From the NCBI GenBank assembly GCA_963805975.1, contig CAWDVR010000003.1:672001-736000 (forward strand): a DNA stretch of 64,000 nucleotides, given 5' to 3'. This stretch comes from an uncultured Acidobacteriota bacterium (GTDB lineage: Bacteria > Acidobacteriota > Thermoanaerobaculia > Multivoradales > SZUA-115). A program made the translations under genes and the position numbers. The notes below the pieces were generated by a model that searched no databases, was not told the origin of the DNA, and worked only from the letters and a program-made list of their open reading frames with translations. Positions 46,895 to 56,099 of this stretch are shown piece by piece. The number at the start of each line of letters is the position of its first letter. Position 1 is the stretch's first letter.

Positions 46895-47302
46895 ATGAAT
46901 CAGCATGTGGAGACTGTCCAGGCGATCTACGAAGCGTTCGGCCGCGGTGACGTGCCGGCGATCCTCGAGCATCTGCACGAGGACGTGCGCTGGGAGGAGT
47001 GGGCCGACAACCGGGCGCAGGCGGCCGGCGTGGCCTGGCTCCTACCGCGACATGGCAAGAGCGGCGCGGTGGAGTTCTTTAGCGTCGTGGGACAGTTTCA
47101 GTTCCACGAGTTCCAGGTGCTCTCGCTGCTGGCGGGCGGCAACCAGGTGGTCGCCGAGCTCGTGGTCGACGCCACCATCCCCGCGAGCGGCACCCGCCTG
47201 CGCGACGAGGAGATGCACCTCTGGACCTTCGACGACGCCGGTCAGGTGGTGCGCTTCCGTCACTACATCGACACCGCCAAGCACATCGCCGCGGCGGGGT
47301 AG
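46895..47302 (+). CDS. SnoaL/NTF2-like protein
   Basis: 'YEAFGRGDVPAIL....DVRW', 'HLWTF', 'FRHYIDT'. Confidence 0.88.
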   Translation: MNQHVETVQAIYEAFGRGDVPAILEHLHEDVRWEEWADNRAQAAGVAWLLPRHGKSGAVEFFSVVGQFQFHEFQVLSLLAGGNQVVAELVVDATIPASGTRLRDEEMHLWTFDDAGQVVRFRHYIDTAKHIAAAG

Positions 47303-47304
47303 CT

Positions 47305-47708
47305 TCAGTCCTCCGCCACCGTGTCCCAGAAGTCCAGCTCGTAGGCCTGGAGGCCGATGGCGATCGATTCTCCGGCCACCAGGTCGACGAAGAACTGCGC
47401 GCCCGGCGTGGCGCCGAAGCGGGTCACCATGTGGGCGTCGCTCCTCAGGTCGCTGGTCAGGATGTGGTACTGCTCGCCGGCAAAGGCGCGCAGGTTGGCG
47501 CGGGAGACCTGGCGGTTCTCGAGCGCGGTGAGGTAGGGGTGGTTGCGGATCTGCTCCTCGACGGGGCCAGCTCGGCACGGATCGATCGGATCAGGCGCGT
47601 GGCCTTGGGCGTGGGGTCGGAGCCGGAGGCGGCAGCCGGTACGGCGCCGGTGAGAGCGATCAGCAGAGCCAGAAGGAGCACGAGGGGTCGGGTCGAAGGG
47701 TGTCTCAT
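47305..47708 (-). pseudogene. TenA/THI-4-like (haem-oxygenase fold) protein with signal peptide; frameshift near 47562 and apparent internal deletion
   Basis: Hand translation: MRHPSTRPLVLLLALLIALTGAVPAAA...AELAP/VEEQIRNHPYLTALE...AFAGEQYHILTSDLRS...FFVDLVAGESIAIG|LQAYELDFWDTVAED*. Confidence 0.6.
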
Positions 47709-47824
47709 GAGTGCGGCCTCCTTGGAAGTTCGCCTATCTCTTCCAGTACTCGGAGCCTGGACGCACGGGACTCTTCGCTCGGGAACGGTTTGCGGGAGTG
47801 CAGAGAGCTTCTAGAATTCCTCCC

Positions 47825-48682
47825 ATGTCCCGGACCTCGCCTCTCGCGCCCGCCGGGCCGCTGCTCGTCGCCGGCCTCTTTCCCGACCTCGGCCGCGAGC
47901 TGGTGCGGCTGCTCCGCGGTCTCGCGCCCGAGGACTGGCTGAAGCCGACGGTCGCCCGCCTGTGGAGCGTGCGCGACGTGGCGGCGCACCTCCTCGACAC
48001 CGCGCTCCGGCGCGTGTCCTACGACCGGGACGACCAGGAGCTGGTCCGCCCGGACCGGCCGATCGGGAGCTACGGCGACCTGGTGGCTTTCCTCGACCAT
48101 CTGAACGCAGCCTGGGTGGAGGCGATGCGCCGGCTGAGCCCGCGCCTGCTGGTGGACTGGATCGAGGCGGCCGAGGAAGATCTCGGAGCCTGCTTTCCGG
48201 CGCTCGATCCCTGGGCCAGAGCGCGCTTCTCCGTGGCCTGGGCCGGCGAGAGCGAGTCGCAGAGCTGGTTCGACGTGGCACGCGAGCTCACCGAGCGCTG
48301 GCACCACCAGCAGCAGATCCGCCTCGCGGTGGGCGCGCCACCGCTCACCGAGCCGCGCTTCTCCGAGCCGATTCTCGAGACCTTTCTCCACGCAGTGCCG
48401 CACCGCATGGCAGCGGTCGAGGCGCCGGAGGGCACGGCGCTCGCGATCACCCTGCGCGGCGAGCGGGACTACCTCTACACCGTGCGCCGGGAGGCGCCGG
48501 GCTGGAAGCTCTACCGAGGGCAGGAAGGGGAGAGCGAGGCGAGCATCCTCCTCGCCGAGGAGCCGGCCTGGCTGCTCTTCACCAAGGGGCTTCCCGGCGC
48601 CGAGGCCCGCCGTCAGGCCCAGGTCGAGGGCCGTGCGGAGCTGAGCGATCGATTCTTCGTCACCCTGGCCGTGATGGCCTGA
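47825..48682 (+). CDS. Maleylpyruvate isomerase N-terminal (DinB-superfamily) domain protein
   Basis: 'W..PT....WSVRDVAAHL', 'ERWHHQQQIR'. Confidence 0.85.
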   Translation: MSRTSPLAPAGPLLVAGLFPDLGRELVRLLRGLAPEDWLKPTVARLWSVRDVAAHLLDTALRRVSYDRDDQELVRPDRPIGSYGDLVAFLDHLNAAWVEAMRRLSPRLLVDWIEAAEEDLGACFPALDPWARARFSVAWAGESESQSWFDVARELTERWHHQQQIRLAVGAPPLTEPRFSEPILETFLHAVPHRMAAVEAPEGTALAITLRGERDYLYTVRREAPGWKLYRGQEGESEASILLAEEPAWLLFTKGLPGAEARRQAQVEGRAELSDRFFVTLAVMA

Positions 48683-48724
48683 GGGTGCTCTCTCTACCTC
48701 TCGACTACGGAAGGTGAACCCACG

Positions 48725-49627
48725 ATGGCGCGGATCTCTCGATGGCTGGCGGGAGCGTGTTTTCTGGCGTTGACGGCCTGCTCCTCGGCGCCGCCACCGT
48801 CCGCTCCGGCGCGTGCGCCCGAGGCACGGGCCGAGCAGGAGGCGAAGCTCGCCGCGGCCCAGGCCGACCTCGCCGCCCGGCCGGACGATCCCGAGGCCTG
48901 GATCTGGGTGGGCCGCCGGATCGCCTACCTCGGGCGCTACGGGGAAGCGATCGAGATCTTCACGCGGGGGAACGAACGTTTCCCGGACGACGCCCGGTTT
49001 CTCCGCCACCGCGGCCATCGCTACGTCACGGTCCGCCGCTTTGCCGACGCGGCTCGCGACCTCGAGCGCGCGGCCGGGCTGGTGCGGGGCCGGCCGGACG
49101 AGATCGAGCCGGACGGCCTGCCGAATGCGGCCAACGTCCCTACCAGCACCCTGCAATCGAACGTCTGGTACCACCTCGGGCTGGCGCGCTATCTCCAGGG
49201 CGACTTCGAGCGCGCTCTCGACGCGTACACCGAGTGCATGGCGGTGTCCGAGAACCCGGACATGGAGGTGGCCAGCCGCTACTGGCTGTATCTCACGCTG
49301 CGGCGGCTCGGGCGCGAAGGCGAGGCGCAGGCCGTGGTGGCGGCCGTGCCGGCGCGGCTCGATCTGCTCGAGAGCCACGCCTACCACCGCCTGCTGCTGA
49401 TGTTCCGTGGCGAGGCCGATCCCGAAGCGCTGCTCGCCGAGGCGAGCGTGGACCGCTCCTCGCTCGACTTCCCGACCGTCAGCTACGGTGTGGGCCTGCA
49501 CTTCCTGTTGCGGGGCGAGAGCCGGCGCGCCCGCGAGATCTTCGAGCGCCTGGCGGCGAGCGACGCCTGGGCCGCCTTCGGCGCTATCGCGGCCGAGGCC
49601 GAGCTGGCGCGCCCCCCGGCGGCCTAG
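48725..49627 (+). CDS. TPR-repeat lipoprotein
   Basis: Lipobox LTAC; TPR-like helices 'WYHLGLARYLQGDFERAL'. Confidence 0.8.
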   Translation: MARISRWLAGACFLALTACSSAPPPSAPARAPEARAEQEAKLAAAQADLAARPDDPEAWIWVGRRIAYLGRYGEAIEIFTRGNERFPDDARFLRHRGHRYVTVRRFADAARDLERAAGLVRGRPDEIEPDGLPNAANVPTSTLQSNVWYHLGLARYLQGDFERALDAYTECMAVSENPDMEVASRYWLYLTLRRLGREGEAQAVVAAVPARLDLLESHAYHRLLLMFRGEADPEALLAEASVDRSSLDFPTVSYGVGLHFLLRGESRRAREIFERLAASDAWAAFGAIAAEAELARPPAA

Positions 49628-49811
49628 TCACGTTTTCGGGCGCGTCGAGCCACTACCACGACGGAGCTTTGGCGGGACGCAGGGCAAGCGGTGGCACGGC
49701 GTTGCTCAAGCAACTATTTCCGTGTCCGCTGCTGGCTTGTGTAGTCCTCTCGCACGTGCTCTATGAGCTATGGTTTCGGGTAGGATGAGTCTCGACATCG
49801 AGGGGCCGCAC

Positions 49812-50435
49812 ATGAGCTTGGAAGTCAGCCGGAGCGACGCCGAGGTCGTCCATCCCAGCGGCATCACGCAGTTGCTGCGCGCTCTCGAAGGGGGAGAGAA
49901 GGAAGCCGGCGATCGGCTCTTCGAGGTGGTCTACCAGGAGCTGCGGAAGATCGCCCGCCGCCAGCTCCAGGCGGCGCCCTGGGGGGAGACGCTCAACACC
50001 ACGGCCCTGGTGCACGAGGCCTACCTCAAGCTCTCGCGCGACAGCGGCTGGACGGTGCGCGACCGCTTCCACTTCTTCGCCTTGACCGCCCGCGCCATGC
50101 GCGAGGTGCTGATCGACCACGCCCGCACCCGCATGCGGCAGAAGCGCGGCGGCGGCGTCAAGGCGCTGGACCTCGAAGACGTGCAGATCCCCGTCGCCGA
50201 GCGCGCCGAGGAGCTGGTGGCGCTCGACGAGGCGCTGGAGCGCCTCGAGACGGTGGACCCGGACCTCTCCCGCCTGGTCGAATGGCGGTTCTTCGCCGGT
50301 CTCACGGTGGAGGAGATCGCCTCCACCCTGGAGGTCTCGGAGCGCACCGTCAAGCGCCACTGGCGGACGGCGCGCGCCTTCCTCTTCCAGGAGATGACGG
50401 CGCAGGGATTTGCACCGCGGGGTTGCGCTCCATGA
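49812..50435 (+). CDS. ECF sigma factor, TIGR02999 (kinase-associated) type
   Basis: 'ITQLL', 'VYQELRKIARRQL', 'TLNTTALVHEAYLKL', 'KRGG', 'TVKRHW..ARA'. Confidence 0.92.
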   Translation: MSLEVSRSDAEVVHPSGITQLLRALEGGEKEAGDRLFEVVYQELRKIARRQLQAAPWGETLNTTALVHEAYLKLSRDSGWTVRDRFHFFALTARAMREVLIDHARTRMRQKRGGGVKALDLEDVQIPVAERAEELVALDEALERLETVDPDLSRLVEWRFFAGLTVEEIASTLEVSERTVKRHWRTARAFLFQEMTAQGFAPRGCAP

Positions 50436-50466
50436 CCGGCCTCGGGTCCGCGGCCGGCGCCGGTCC

Positions 50467-53196
50467 ATGAGCGGCGTCACCACGGCGCGTTTCCGGGCGG
50501 CACGGGCGGCCTTCGAGGAGATCGTCGAGCTGGCGGCCGGGGAGCGCGAGGCGCGGCTGGCGCGGCTCGTCGCGGCCGATCCAGCGCTGGCCGCCGAGAT
50601 CCGCGGCCTGCTGGCGGCGGACCAGCAGGCCGGGAGCTTCCTCGACCAGAACGCCGGCGCCTACGCTCCCGAGGTGGTGGAGGACTGGCTGGCCTCGAGC
50701 CCGGCGCCGGGCGGGGCGACCCTGGGCGAGGTGGGCCCCGGCGAGGCTCTCGGCCCCTACCGCATCCTCTCCCTCCTGGGCCGCGGCGGCATGGGAGAGG
50801 TCTACCGCGCCGAGCGCGCCGACGGCCAGTTCGAGCAACAGGTCGCCGTCAAGCTGCTGAAGCGCGGCATGGACTCGGAGGAGATCCTCAGCCGTTTCCT
50901 CCGCGAGCGGCAGATCCTGGCCCGCCTCGAGCACCCGAACATCGCCCGCCTGCTCGACGGCGGGATGACGAGGAGCGGCCGGCCCTACCTGGTGATGGAG
51001 CTCGCCGCCGGCGAGCCGATCACCGAGAGCTGCGAGCGGCGGAACCTCCCCGTCGAGGAGCGGCTGCGGCTGCTGATCCTCTGCTGCGAGGCGGTGGAGG
51101 AGGCGCACCACAACCTGGTGGTGCACTGCGACCTCAAGCCCTCGAACATCCTGGTCACCGACGACGGCGAGGTCAAGCTGCTGGATTTCGGCATCGCCAA
51201 GCTCCTGGCCAAGCGCTCGGACTCGATCCTGGTGACGCGCGCCGACGAGCGGCCCATGACCCCGGCCTACGCCGCGCCGGAGCAGATCCTGGGCCAGCCG
51301 GTCTCGACCGCCACCGACGTCTACGCGCTGGGCGTGCTGCTCTACCAGCTCCTGACCGGCCGCCTGCCGCACGACCGCGAGACCACCTCGGCGGCGGAGC
51401 TCTCCTCGCGGGTGGCGAGCGAGGCCATCACCCGGCCCTCGACGGCGGTGCGCCGCGCCGTGCTGGGCGAGGAGAGGGAGCGCGCGGTGGTGCCGGTGTC
51501 CAGGCTCCGGATCGGCTCCGCGAAGCTCGCGCGGCGGCTGGCCGGCGACCTCGACACCATCGTGCTCAAGGCGCTGCACCGCGAACCGCAGCGCCGCTAC
51601 CCCTCGGCGGCGGCCCTGGCGGACGACCTGAAGCGCCACCTCGCCGGCCGCCCGGTCAAGGCGCGGCCGGACACCGTGCTCTACCGGGCCGGCAAGTTCG
51701 TGCGCCGGCACCGGGTGGCGGTCGCCTCGACGGTGCTCGCCGCCTGCGCCCTGATCGCCGGCCTGGGCGTGGCGCTCTGGCAAGGCTCGGTGGCCCGCGC
51801 CGAGGCGCGCCGCGCGGACCTCCAGGCCAGCCGCGCGGAGGCCCAGGCCGAGCGCACCGAGCGGGTGAAGGACTTCCTCTTGGCGCTGTTCCGCGAGGCG
51901 AGCCCGCTGCAGCGGGAGAGGGACCGGCCGCTCTCGGCCGAGGAGCTGCTCGACCGCGGCATCGAGAAGGCGCGCGAGGAGCTCGGCGCCGAGCCGGTGC
52001 TCCAGGCCGAGCTGCTGCGGGACTTCAGCATGATCCTCGGCAACCTCGGGCGGACGGAGGCCGGCCTCGGGCTCGCCGAGGAGGGCCTGGCGCTCGCCCG
52101 GCGCTCGGCCGGCGAGAAGAGCGTGCTGGCGGCCGACCTCCTGGGCAGCGTCTCGTCGCTCCAGGTTCTCGGCGGCGACTACCGCGGTGCCGAGGGGACC
52201 GCGCGGCAGGCCGTGGAGATTGCCGAGCAGGCCGCGGGCAAGGGCTCGATCGAGGCCGCGGAGCAGAAGGCCACGCTGGTGATGGCGCTCTCCCACCTGG
52301 GCAAGAACGCGGAGGGCCTGGCCGTCGAGCGCGAGGTGGTGGCGAGCCTCGGCCGGCTGCGCGGCGACAACGACCCCTTCACCCTGATCAGCCTGCAGAC
52401 GCTGGGCTACATGCTGGCGGTCAACGGCCACCTGGCCGAGTCCGAGCCGATCTTCCGGCGCTCGCTCGCCGCGCTCGAGACCCGGCACGGGAAAGAGCAC
52501 ATGAAGGTCGGCATCGCCTGCATCAACCTGGGGGACGTCGTCGGCCGGCTGGGAGACCACGCCGAGGCCGTGGCACTCCTCGAGCGGGCGGTGGCCGTGC
52601 TCGGCCGGCAGCCGGGCGAGAAGCACCAGCTCTTCGTCACCGCGCTCGCCACCCTCGCGGGCATCGAGCGCGACGGCCGCCGCTTCGACCGCGCGGACGA
52701 GCTGCTGCGCCGGGCCGCGGCGATCCTCGCCGAGACCGGGCACTTCGGGCTGGGCAGCACGCAGATGGAGCTGGGAGCAAATCTCGCCGCCGCGGGGCGC
52801 TTCGCCGAGGCTGCCGCGGAGCTCGAGGCAGCGCAGGAGACCCTGCGGCGCGCAGGCCGCACCGAGACCGCCGGCTTCCAGCTCGCCGGCGCGCATCTCG
52901 CCTATGCCCGTTTCCGGCTGGGCGAGCGCGACGGCGCCGAGACCGCCCTGCGCGAGGCGCTCGCACGGCTCCAGGCCCTCACCGAGCCGGGGAGCGAGTC
53001 GCTCCTGCCGGCCGAGCTCTACCTGGGCGAGGTGCTGCGCGAGAGCGGCGCCGCGGACGAGGCCGCGGCCCTCCACCGCCAGGCCCTGGAGCGGGCGGAG
53101 CGCTTCTACGGCCCCGGCCACGCGACGGTGACCGAGGCGAAGCGCCAGCTCGAAGCCGACCTCGCGGCACCGGGCTCCAGTCCCCGCCATGAGTGA
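50467..53196 (+). CDS. Hanks-type Ser/Thr kinase with TM and C-terminal TPR repeats
   Basis: GRGGMG, VAVK, HCDLKPSN, DFG, 'TPAYAAPE', 'GDLDTIVLKAL'; TM; TPR region. Confidence 0.93.
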   Translation: MSGVTTARFRAARAAFEEIVELAAGEREARLARLVAADPALAAEIRGLLAADQQAGSFLDQNAGAYAPEVVEDWLASSPAPGGATLGEVGPGEALGPYRILSLLGRGGMGEVYRAERADGQFEQQVAVKLLKRGMDSEEILSRFLRERQILARLEHPNIARLLDGGMTRSGRPYLVMELAAGEPITESCERRNLPVEERLRLLILCCEAVEEAHHNLVVHCDLKPSNILVTDDGEVKLLDFGIAKLLAKRSDSILVTRADERPMTPAYAAPEQILGQPVSTATDVYALGVLLYQLLTGRLPHDRETTSAAELSSRVASEAITRPSTAVRRAVLGEERERAVVPVSRLRIGSAKLARRLAGDLDTIVLKALHREPQRRYPSAAALADDLKRHLAGRPVKARPDTVLYRAGKFVRRHRVAVASTVLAACALIAGLGVALWQGSVARAEARRADLQASRAEAQAERTERVKDFLLALFREASPLQRERDRPLSAEELLDRGIEKAREELGAEPVLQAELLRDFSMILGNLGRTEAGLGLAEEGLALARRSAGEKSVLAADLLGSVSSLQVLGGDYRGAEGTARQAVEIAEQAAGKGSIEAAEQKATLVMALSHLGKNAEGLAVEREVVASLGRLRGDNDPFTLISLQTLGYMLAVNGHLAESEPIFRRSLAALETRHGKEHMKVGIACINLGDVVGRLGDHAEAVALLERAVAVLGRQPGEKHQLFVTALATLAGIERDGRRFDRADELLRRAAAILAETGHFGLGSTQMELGANLAAAGRFAEAAAELEAAQETLRRAGRTETAGFQLAGAHLAYARFRLGERDGAETALREALARLQALTEPGSESLLPAELYLGEVLRESGAADEAAALHRQALERAERFYGPGHATVTEAKRQLEADLAAPGSSPRHE

Positions 53197-53250
53197 TTTA
53201 GGTGCAAATGGCTTCAGCGCTATGCTTCTGCCTCGGCCGCCGCGTCCCGC

Positions 53251-53277
53251 TGTCATCCTGAGCGCAGCGAAGGATCT
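53251..53277 (+). repeat. REP-like unit TGTCATCCTGAGCGCAGCGAAGGATCT (copy 1)
   Basis: Identical 27-mer at 57609-57635. Confidence 0.9.
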
Positions 53278-53299
53278 CGGCCAGCCAGGAGGTTCCGCC

Positions 53300-54529
53300 A
53301 TGAAGGCTCGATCGGCTCTGAGAATGGCCTCCCTGGCATTCGCCCTGGCGCTGGCGGCGGGCCCGGCCCTGGGCGGCGGCCTGCCGGCGTTTCCCGGCGC
53401 GCAGGGCTTCGGCGCCGGGGCGAGCGGTGGTCGCGGTGGCCAGGTCTATAGGGTCACGAACCTGGACGCCTCGGGGCCGGGAAGCCTGCAATGGGCCGCG
53501 GATCGTCCCGGAGCCCGCACCGTCGTCTTCGCCGTCTCGGGGGTGATCCATAGCGACGTCTACATCGACCACGGCAACCTGACGATTGCCGGCCAGACCG
53601 CGCCGGGCGCCGGCATCACCATCCACGGCCACCTCTACAGCGAGTACGAGTTCGGCATCTCGAACATCATCGTCCGCCACCTGCGGGTGCGCTCGCCGCT
53701 CTCCGGGCCGGGGTGGCCGGACGGCGCGCGCATCTCGGTCCACCACAACCTGTTCGCGCACGCACGCGCCCGCACCCCGGCGCTCGCCACCGGCCCCGCC
53801 GACGTGCGCAACAACGTGATCTACAACGGCCGTGAAGGCTTCACGCACCACAACCCGGCGGCCGGGGACTTCAACATCGTGGGCAACTACTACCGCGACG
53901 GGCAGAGCAACACGCTCGCTCCGCTGTGGTTCGACCCGGAGAACGGCCCCACGGTGCCCAGCCGCTACTACGTGTGGAACAACTGGGTGGACGACCCCGG
54001 CATCTTCACCGGCCGGGTGGACAACCCGTTCACCACCGCCGGCTTCGGTACTGCCTACACTTTCGAGTGCTGCGGCATCCAGGCGTCGCAGTTCAACGCG
54101 GTGGGGGAGCTCGACTTCAGCGCCCACGCCGGCTACGTGCCGATTCCGACCACCAGCCCGGCGGCGGCCTACGAGGAGGTGCTGAAGCGTGCCGGTGCCT
54201 GGCCGCGCGACACCGTGAACTGGCGGGCCGAGAACGAGACCCGGAGCCGCACCGGCACCAACGGCAACCACCGGCCCGCCGACTGGCTCGAGGGCCTGGT
54301 GCCGGACGTGCCCCCGCCGGACGCGGACCAGGACGGCATGGGCGACGCCTGGGAGCTGCTCCACGGCCTGAACCCGGCCAACGGCGCCGATCATGCGACG
54401 GTGAGGCCCTCGGGCTACACGGCGATCGAGGAGTACGTGAACGAGCTCGCCGACGCCATCACCGGCCGGCTCTTCGCGGACGGCTTCGAGATCGGGGGCT
54501 TTGGCCGCTGGGCGCTGGTAGTGCCATAG
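53300..54529 (+). CDS. Pectate lyase (PL1-like) secreted protein with DGFE tail; central segment appears to be missing
   Basis: 'AFPGAQGFG...GGRGG.VY.VTNL..SGPGSL', 'TIAGQTAPG.GI', 'D.D.DGM.D.WE...GL', 'GYT.IE.Y.N'; AGGAGG RBS. Confidence 0.82.
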   Translation: MKARSALRMASLAFALALAAGPALGGGLPAFPGAQGFGAGASGGRGGQVYRVTNLDASGPGSLQWAADRPGARTVVFAVSGVIHSDVYIDHGNLTIAGQTAPGAGITIHGHLYSEYEFGISNIIVRHLRVRSPLSGPGWPDGARISVHHNLFAHARARTPALATGPADVRNNVIYNGREGFTHHNPAAGDFNIVGNYYRDGQSNTLAPLWFDPENGPTVPSRYYVWNNWVDDPGIFTGRVDNPFTTAGFGTAYTFECCGIQASQFNAVGELDFSAHAGYVPIPTTSPAAAYEEVLKRAGAWPRDTVNWRAENETRSRTGTNGNHRPADWLEGLVPDVPPPDADQDGMGDAWELLHGLNPANGADHATVRPSGYTAIEEYVNELADAITGRLFADGFEIGGFGRWALVVP

Positions 54530-54542
54530 CATCGGCCTGCCC

Positions 54543-56099
54543 ATGGCCCGATCTCGCCCCCATCGACTCCTCGCCGGCACCCTGGCCCTGCAGCTCGCCC
54601 TGTGGGCCTGCGGCGGCGAGGCACCGGCGCCCGCGGTATCCCTGACCTCGCCACCGGCGCCCGAGCCCGTGGCTCAAGCCGCGCCTCCGGACGGCGGCAC
54701 CGCACTCCAGGCGGGCCCGCGGCCGAACGTGCTGCTCGTCCTGGCCGACGATCTCACCACCCACCTCGGCGCCTACGGCCATCCCGAGATCGTGAGCCCG
54801 AGCTTCGATCGCCTCGCCGCCCGCGGCTTTCGCTTCGATCGCGCCTACTGCCAGTTCCCGCAATGCAACCCGTCGCGGGCCTCGCTCCTCGCCGGGTTGC
54901 TGCCCAGCACGTTGCAGGTCTACAACAACGACGTGCCGCCGCGCTCCTTCCTGAAGGACGCGGTCTACCTGCCCGGCTTTTTCCACCAACAGGGCTACTT
55001 CACCTTCCGCGCCGGGAAGATCCTGCACTCGATGTTCGACGACGCCCAGCCGTTCGACGAAGTGGCGGACCTGGCCGCGATTCGGCCCGCAGCGCCCTAC
55101 CCCAAGCTCCGCCGGCACGAGCAGCAGAAGGCGGCGCGGGAGGCGGCGAAGCAGGGCCGCAAGGCCGCACCGCCGCAGCGTCTCTTCGGCCAGGCGATCC
55201 CCGACGCTCAAGGCCTGTGGCTGGAGGACAGCCGGGTGGCCGAGGCGAGCGTCCGCTTTCTCGCCGGCGCCAAGGCGCGGCAGCCCTTCTTCATGGCGGT
55301 GGGCTTCAACGCCACGCACCCGGACTGGGTAGCCAGGGAGAGCGACTTCGCGCACTACCCGGCGGAGAAGATCGAGCTCGCCGCGGCGCCGGCCGGGGAC
55401 CTCGACGACGTTCCGGCAGCGGCCCTGCGCTACGCCACCCGCCGGCCGCAGATCCCCGCCGAGGAGCAGCGCGCGCTCCGCGCCGCGTACTTCGCCACCG
55501 TCACCTTCATGGACGAGCAGCTCGGCCGCATCCTGGCCGCGCTCGACGCCGCGGGGCTCGCCGAGTCGACCGTCGTGGTCTTCGCCGGCGACCACGGCCA
55601 GCATTTGGGCGAGCATGGTGGGGGCGAACACGGCGGGCTGTGGGAGAAGTTCACGCTCTTCGAGGAGACGGCCCGCGCGCCGCTGGTGATGGCCGGTCCC
55701 GGCGTGCCCGGCGGCCGGGGGAGCGCCTGCCCGGTGGAGCTGCTGGACGTGTTCCCGACGCTCGCCAAAGTCGCCGGCTTGGCGCCGCCCGCGAACCTCG
55801 AAGGCCTGAGCCTCGTGCCCCTCTTCGCCTATCCCGAGCGCTGCCTGCGGAGCGGCGCCCTCACCGAGCTCTGGCTGGGGACGGTGCCGCCCACCTTCGC
55901 GCGCTCGGTGCGCAGCGATCGCTACCGCTACACCGAGTGGGGCGACGCCGGGACCGAGCTCTACGACCATCAGGCCGACCCCGGCGAGCATCGCAATCTG
56001 GCGGACGGCGGGGCTGCGCGGGATTCGGCGGCGCGCGCGGTCGTCGAGGAGCAGCGGCGCAAGCTCGCGGCGCGGATGGCGGCGGGCGGGCCCCGATGA
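54543..56099 (+). CDS. Sulfatase (iduronate-2-sulfatase/choline-sulfatase-like), lipoprotein
   Basis: Lipobox LWAC; 'PNVLLVLADDL', CNPSR (FGly motif), 'GKILH', 'GDHG', 'ELYD...DPGE'. Confidence 0.92.
   Translation: MARSRPHRLLAGTLALQLALWACGGEAPAPAVSLTSPPAPEPVAQAAPPDGGTALQAGPRPNVLLVLADDLTTHLGAYGHPEIVSPSFDRLAARGFRFDRAYCQFPQCNPSRASLLAGLLPSTLQVYNNDVPPRSFLKDAVYLPGFFHQQGYFTFRAGKILHSMFDDAQPFDEVADLAAIRPAAPYPKLRRHEQQKAAREAAKQGRKAAPPQRLFGQAIPDAQGLWLEDSRVAEASVRFLAGAKARQPFFMAVGFNATHPDWVARESDFAHYPAEKIELAAAPAGDLDDVPAAALRYATRRPQIPAEEQRALRAAYFATVTFMDEQLGRILAALDAAGLAESTVVVFAGDHGQHLGEHGGGEHGGLWEKFTLFEETARAPLVMAGPGVPGGRGSACPVELLDVFPTLAKVAGLAPPANLEGLSLVPLFAYPERCLRSGALTELWLGTVPPTFARSVRSDRYRYTEWGDAGTELYDHQADPGEHRNLADGGAARDSAARAVVEEQRRKLAARMAAGGPR

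Noticed and set aside
50350-53301. 983-aa antisense ORF and many similar long reverse-frame ORFs
   Set aside because: Expected from high-GC codon bias opposite real genes; no motifs
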